A stretch of DNA of 63,895 nt, the filler included, from Pelomyxa schiedti (Eukaryota > Protista > Evosea), in assembly GCA_020536535.1 (NCBI GenBank). It is 20 parts of 20 records of this genome, joined end to end, with 100 filler letters (N's around TTAATTAATTAA, not from the genome) between each part and the next. Parts side by side here need not be neighbours in the genome. Positions count along the whole stretch, not along the records: positions 57,967 to 61,233 come from JAHLWZ010001779.1; positions 61,334 to 62,404 come from JAHLWZ010002893.1; positions 62,505 to 63,895 come from JAHLWZ010002545.1; 17 more parts are not named here. The stretch is one strand, 5' to 3'. The translations under genes were made by a program, and so were the position numbers. The notes under the pieces are model-generated. The model searched no databases, had not been told where the DNA came from, and saw only the letters and a list, made by a program, of their open reading frames with translations. Shown piece by piece: positions 57,974 through 63,895 of this stretch; positions within the stretch are counted from its first letter, which is position 1; each line of letters begins with the position of its first letter.

Positions 57974-59615
57974 ATGGTACTGTTCGCACCACCAAGGCTG
58001 TGCGACGTAGTGATGGGCAACTTATCCCAGAGGAAGGATACTACAACGCCGTCACAGTGTGTGGGTGGTTCTGATTTGAGGAGCGCATTTGGTGGTGAGT
58101 TAGCAGCACGCCCCTCTACTATTACTACTACTTATGTGGGTGATTTCGGTGCAACAACGAACTTCTTCTCAACCACTACCAGTGAACAACATGGCACTGT
58201 CAGAATAAAAACAGAAACTGACGGGACAGCCCTGCAGAACCGTTTTGCTGGGTTGTTCCGAAACGGTGTCAGTGGCTTTGTTCCATCGTTTTCTGTTGCA
58301 AACTCTTCACCCAGCTGTGCTTCTGTGTTTACAACGGCCCCTGCACCGCTGCAATTATTTGAAGCAGCAGTGAAGCCGCGAGAATCTGGTACAAGTATAA
58401 AAGACTTGCTTGATACTGAAGAACGCCACATCATTGACACCTGTGGTTATGGTCCTGCAGTCGCCGAGCTGAACTCAATGTATCAAATCCTCAACAAGCT
58501 GCTGCCGCAACTAGGCACTACTGCAAAGGAGGTATTACGCTTGGAGGAAGTGCAGCGTAAGAGTAAAACACTGAGAGAAAGAGCAGACACACTGGAATCT
58601 CGAATGCCAAAGCTTGTTGAACTTAGGAACACACTGATTAAGGAAAGTAATGAGACAGAGTTGAAGAGCAATCAAGTCCTTGGAAGGACACTCACCACCC
58701 AAAGCTGCGAGTCAGCACTTCAGCAAGCTTGTGAAAACATCAAAACTTTGACAGAGAGAGTAATGCAGACTCTGCCCTCTGATAGAAGTCCACCACCCCC
58801 AGTACCATCAAAAGGTAATGAAACCACAGTGAATTCCTTTCTCACATTTTCTTTTTTTGAAAAGACAGTGGAAACCTACTCTCTTCTACCATACCAACAC
58901 CATTGGCAAAGGTGATAGTGAAGAGTCCCAGTGACCCACCACTGTCTGTCAAGTGGCTTTCAGAAGGTCTTCGGCTCCTGCAGTCCTGCAGATTGGATGA
59001 GTGCTCTAAGCTTGTTGATAATCATGCCGTGTTGGCCCAAGAGTGCAGTGACTTGTCCTCGCATGTGGAACTCCTCGAGAAAGAGCATGGGGACTTGGTT
59101 TCCTCGTGCAAGGAATTGGAGGAGGCTTACCAACAAAGTTTCTTGCTTCAAAATGCACTGGCAGGAAATCCAGAATACTTTGCATCACCACTTGTGCGCC
59201 AGAAGCTGTGCAAGCTCCTTCCAGAGGCCCTGCAAACACTGATGGGCCTCTTGGCTGCGCAGAAGACAGTGTCACTTCCACCACTACCACTGCCACAGTG
59301 TGATGCACTTCCTGGACTGCCTTGCACCTCTCCTTCTTCCACTTCATCATCATCACGCTGCGGAGTAGGAGCTCTTCAGGTGTCATCAAACGAGAAGTCG
59401 TGCATTGTGTGTGACGAGAGACCGCGGGCTGTGCTCCTTCAACCATGCGGGCACTCAGTTCTTTGCTCGGAGGTTTGAGTCTTGAACTCCTTTTATTCTT
59501 GCCTGATGTTTTTTGATCCCCCACACAGTGTGCTGCCTTGGTGAGAAAGTGCCCGTTCTGCAGGAGCCCCATTGAAGATAAACAGAAACTGTGCCACATC
59601 AAGGACGAACCTTGA
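57974..59615 (+). CDS. Coiled-coil protein with C-terminal IAP-type C3HC4 RING finger (putative E3 ligase)
   Basis: CIVCDERPRAVLLQPCGHSVLCSE | CAALVRKCPFCRSPI after the intron at 59473-59528. Confidence 0.85.
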
Positions 59616-59818
59616 TGATGATACCCAAACAGCATTTCTCCCGATCAACCTTTTATGATCAGAAAGATTCTTTCGTCTGGTGCTCGACCACACCAGCATC
59701 GAGCGTGTGAGTGTCTTGGAAACAAGTGTTTCTTTTTTGTTTCGTTGACAGCACAGCACCTCCACTTGGTTTCGTTGGGGTTGATTCCCTGAAATCAACT
59801 GTAAACCGGAAGCGCACG

Positions 59819-61144
59819 ATGAACCGACATCGGGGCCCCCACCCGGCAGTGACTGTTTCGTTGAAGGCAAAGGACCAGGTCTTGTCGTTGTTGATGCTGA
59901 CACACCCTCGTTGTTTTTGTTGTTGTGGTGGCCATCAACAGCAGCAACTGGGTCTGGTCGTAAGGCTTGTTTGGGAATACTGCGTCGATGTCGCAAGGGT
60001 TTTCTGTGTTCCTCTGGGTTGTGTGGCTCAGTTCAGGGTGTCTGCTGTCTTGGGTTCTGTAATCATCATTGGTGACGACGATGACGACCCGGTGCACTGG
60101 GTCTGCACGGAATCGTCAGTGTTCCATCACCGTGGCACCATCAACGCAAACCACTGCAATGGGGTTGAATCTTTGTTCTATCTGGAGGACTTTGCCAGGG
60201 CGGCGTACATGAGGAGCAACGATGGGCGGCATGGATGGTGGTTGGTGCAAGATGGTGCCATCGGCGATGCTTTCTCGCTGAACCCGAGGTGGTTTGTTGA
60301 CCTGCAGGCTAAAGATCACAATCTGGTGATTGCACCAACAACGAGTCCAGTGGAAGGAACGAAGGGTGCAGATGCCAACGTTCAACTTGTCGTCGTTGTG
60401 GACGTGCCAATCATTGTTGATGATGGTGAACATGTGCAATTCTTTCTCGACAACACATGCCACGATGAGGGGGTTGTGTGCAAGCTCATCAAGAATGCTG
60501 CTGGCTCAATGACGGTTGTGGAGCTGAGCCGGGTTGACATTGGGAAAACGTGGGCATCAAAGAGATTGTCGGTGCTGAGTTCCACAAGGTGCCAACTGGG
60601 GAATGCTGTCTCCATACGTGATGCTTTGGTGCTGCACAAAAGAGATGGGTCTCGTGCTTTCATCCTCTCTGCCATGTGCGATCAACGTTGCTTGTACCCA
60701 CAAACCTTCTTCCAGGTGGATGAGGGAATAACAACGACTTTTGGTTCTGTGCTGTTCACTTTACCTCATCACTGCTGCACACCAGGAGGGGGAGGAGGCC
60801 GTGATTTGGCAATCAGCACCTCACAACTGACCGACTCACTGTTCTGCGTGGCATACCTCTCAGCCAACTGTTCATGCCAGCAACAAGTGGAAATTTGGGA
60901 TATAAACGGGCAAGCCACAACAGGCAGCAGAAGCCCACTGAAGGCAATCAAATTGAGTGCCTCAGTTCGTGAGTTGGTTGCTGAGGGAGGCCTGCTGGTC
61001 AGCCTGCTCATCAGAAGAACAACAAGGGACATCGTGCTGACTGACCCAGAAACAGGGGCACAAATACTCACTCTCTCTGGTCAAATAGAAAACAATTCAC
61101 TGAGCGACACAATGTCCTTCTTGTGTTACAAGTCGATGTGGTAA
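59819..61144 (+). CDS. Expanded lineage-specific family member, complete single exon
   Basis: AKDQVLSLLMLTHPRC...LVWEYCV at the N-terminus; SQLTDSLFCV...VEIWDIN...AEGGLLV...LTDPETGAQILTL at the C-terminus. Confidence 0.8.
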   Translation: MNRHRGPHPAVTVSLKAKDQVLSLLMLTHPRCFCCCGGHQQQQLGLVVRLVWEYCVDVARVFCVPLGCVAQFRVSAVLGSVIIIGDDDDDPVHWVCTESSVFHHRGTINANHCNGVESLFYLEDFARAAYMRSNDGRHGWWLVQDGAIGDAFSLNPRWFVDLQAKDHNLVIAPTTSPVEGTKGADANVQLVVVVDVPIIVDDGEHVQFFLDNTCHDEGVVCKLIKNAAGSMTVVELSRVDIGKTWASKRLSVLSSTRCQLGNAVSIRDALVLHKRDGSRAFILSAMCDQRCLYPQTFFQVDEGITTTFGSVLFTLPHHCCTPGGGGGRDLAISTSQLTDSLFCVAYLSANCSCQQQVEIWDINGQATTGSRSPLKAIKLSASVRELVAEGGLLVSLLIRRTTRDIVLTDPETGAQILTLSGQIENNSLSDTMSFLCYKSMW

Positions 61145-61333
61145 AGACTGTATGTACCTTGTGAATTAATTTCACCTGATAAAAAAATACTGTGTGCAGC
61201 GCTGATGAGGTCTTGTTTTTTTTTTTAATTGGTNNNNNNNNNNNNNNNNNNNNNNNNNNNNNNNNNNNNNNNNNNNNTTAATTAATTAANNNNNNNNNNN
61301 NNNNNNNNNNNNNNNNNNNNNNNNNNNNNNNNN

Positions 61334-62111
61334 CTTTGCCGTGTGGTTGATGATGGTAGGCCCTTCTGCTTAACGCCGTTGTGTATTTCACACAAATAGA
61401 ATGGGATCAACGATTTGAGCAAGTCGAAGTTCCGGTAATGATGGATATTAATGGCATTTGGAAGCACATCGAAGCTGCTGGGTCTATACCCTATTTATTC
61501 CCACTTGGACCTCACCCAAAAAACAGTATTGGAGCCTTCATCACTCACTCAGTTTACTCGGCGATAATATCAAACAATCTACCGGTGGATCTTCGTGTTG
61601 TTCTTTCCTGGTACCTTCTTCTTTCTCATTTCACATAATTCCACTCAATAACAAACCAACACGAAAAAATTAGGGATGTGGACATGACAGATGTGGTATG
61701 TTCTTTACTACTTTTCTCACGGTGCTAAGTCAGTGTTTAATAAAGGACCTCATTGTGGAGGACCCTCATGGGGAGCGCTGCTATCCTTTCCAAAACCACA
61801 CAAGACATGGAGGTTTACTCAGTGAGGACTTCACAAGAGGATATGGGCCAGTAGAGTATCTGATAAAAGAAGCCCTCCCTGGGCCTTACAAAATTTTCGC
61901 CTCATTGTTCCATGCACCCTCAACGTACGGACCAATCCCCCTTCACTTAGCTTCTTCTAACAAAAAACACAGAACATCACAAGTGTTTTGTGCTGCCAGA
62001 ATATACACCAATTTTGGCCGGCCTGATGCCCAGTCCCTGCGCGTTGTACCCAAAATTCTCACTGTTCCCAAAAAACTGGAACTCCTGGCCCAGGTCTTTG
62101 TAGCACCCTAA
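61334..62111 (+). CDS. DUF2135/YfaP-like domain protein, 3' part (multi-exon)
   Basis: PVDLRVVLSW | DVDMTDV | DLIVEDPHGERCY...GGLLSEDFTRGYGPVEYLIKEALPGPYKI. Confidence 0.8.
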
Positions 62112-62504
62112 AAAAGAATGAAAACAAAGAATCCTATCCTTCACGTTCCTCTCCTCTTTTTCATCGCTCACGATTTTTTTGGAGGTAGTACGATCCTAGG
62201 CCTGGTGGGTGGTGCATTTGAGGCCGAGGTTGTTCTTTCAGCAACCTTTGCTTTCCCATCATCTATCATTGCCACGAAATCACCCAGAAGAGCTTCCAGG
62301 TCTGGTCTGATGGCATCATCAACAGCAGTAACAACAGTACTAGAAGCAGTGCTTTGTTCACCCGAGGTCGTCACTGTTGTTGCTGGTGTTAGGAATTTGG
62401 CCTTNNNNNNNNNNNNNNNNNNNNNNNNNNNNNNNNNNNNNNNNNNNNTTAATTAATTAANNNNNNNNNNNNNNNNNNNNNNNNNNNNNNNNNNNNNNNN
62501 NNNN

Positions 62505-62916
62505 TCTGGTGCCTTTTAGGGCGTGGCACTTCAAAAACCCTGTCGGCCAGCGGCCTCGCAAGCAAGTGCCTTTTCACCAAATGATGCCAAAGCAACTGCT
62601 GGCCCCCGTCCCCGCCCTCATCTACCTCGACGGTTCCCATAACTCCCGTTGTTCCCTCGCCACCGACTACCGTCGTCGTGGCCGTGGCCGTGGCCGTGGT
62701 CGTGCTCCGCGGTACACACGACGCGGCAACAGATCGGCCGCCGTCGATGAGGCACAACCACAGGCGGCACACCCTCGCGCACAGAGCCAATGTCGTGGGC
62801 TCGAGAGCCGCAAGCACGCGACGGAGCAGCTCGCGGGGAAGTACCTCGTTCAGTGCCGGAGTGGCCTCACCAGAGACTGTTACCGACACTCCTGCAGGGT
62901 GTTCTGCGTCGTTCAT
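62505..62916 (-). CDS. F-box protein, N-terminal part
   Basis: LPRELLRRVLAALEPTTLALCARVCRLW. Confidence 0.85.
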
Positions 62917-62999
62917 GATTTGTTCAGAAAAGTGAAAAAGAATTTTTATTGGGTGCCATGGTGGTTGCCTGGCCAAACTTTTGGTTTTTTGACCCCGAC

Positions 63000-63895
63000 T
63001 TAAAGTGGGGTCCACACTTCGATTTCACTGACCAGCCATGTGTTGTATGTTCCAGCAAGGTATTCATTTGGGGGGTTGTGTGGCGGTGTCTCCATGTAAC
63101 TGGCATTGTCAACGCCCGTGTAGCTGCCTGTGTTTGTGTTGCAGTTGTCACAAATGTACAAGCAGTGGCATGGACCGTAGGTTGGTCCATAACCCCTGCC
63201 ACCATAAATGCAGTGGCTGTGGTTTTTGCACCTGAGGATTGTTCCTGTTGTGGTTCCCGCGCGAACAAGGCTGTATAAAAACGTGCGTCCCCCACACCCA
63301 CTTTGCCAGCCATTAATGAATGGCAGGTGTGAATAGCCTCCAAATATATCTGTGTGCGACTTAATAAGTTTTAGCTATAGGGAATCGGAACACACAGTTT
63401 GACGATGATCTGACGATAACCAGTGCTGACGCGATGTTGTCGCACAGTTCATGGAACTTGGCAGCAGTGAAACCGTGGTCTGATCCACGCCACAGCAGCC
63501 GCCACGTTGTGTTCGTCATCTTGTGTCCCATGGCACCCTCTGCGCCGACAACCATCTGGTGCAACTTGTTGTCGAGTTCACGTGTCGTGAGTATCTTGCT
63601 TCCTGGGAATGCTCTGTGTGTTGCGAATCGCTGTTTGTTTGTTGTTTTGAAGTGATTGAACAAGGGACACACCGATGATCAACAACAGGAATGACGAGAG
63701 GAGATCCAACGATGTGCACGTTGTTGAATTTGACTGTGAGAGTGTGATCACCAGTTGGACTCGGTGCCATTCTCACTGTCAGGTGTCCTCGTCCCTTCTC
63801 CGCGTTTTCTTCCATCAAAATTTTGGTTGTCGTCCCATCATTCCCTGGGCTCTGAATAATAATGGTTGGGCTATTACTGGATGAATTGGAAATGA
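63000..63895 (-). CDS. Filamin-type Ig repeat + TLDc domain protein (5'-partial, multi-exon)
   Basis: GDHTLTVKFNNVHIVGSPL (filamin); LLWRGSDHGFTAAKFHELCDN...IFGGYS...FLYSL...GPTYG...VSEIEVW (TLDc). Confidence 0.88.

Overview
Eukaryotic, intron-dense protist DNA. The gene families and very short GT-AG introns suggest an amoebozoan, possibly a Pelomyxa-like archamoeba; this taxon call is inference only. The window is not one locus. About 20 short contigs are joined by N-padded TTAATTAATTAA spacers, so adjacency across a spacer means nothing. Contents: (1) DNA transposons of four superfamilies, namely a spliced Tc1/IS630 DD34E transposase paired with a convergent Cys-rich second gene in a tandem array, a Helitron Rep fragment, a Plavaka/CMC-type transposase and a Sola-like transposase with a Gln-rich tail. 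(2) A pervasive CpG->TpG/CpA decay signature in repeated DNA. (3) Three members of a PINK1-like kinase family, at least two fused to different repeat domains (Sel1, ankyrin). (4) An LRR gene built from tandemly amplified 84-nt exon + intron cassettes that vary mostly at the predicted binding face. (5) About ten members of one expanded lineage-specific family. (6) A spliced gene for a secreted, strongly cationic (S/N)RQ-repeat protein that the ORF track misses. (7) An atypical 11-exon Rab, tRNA-Leu(CAA), a STAT-like SH2 protein, and Cwc2, MORN, RING, F-box, TLDc and DUF2135 genes. All domain assignments come from motif recognition by eye; no database searches were run.
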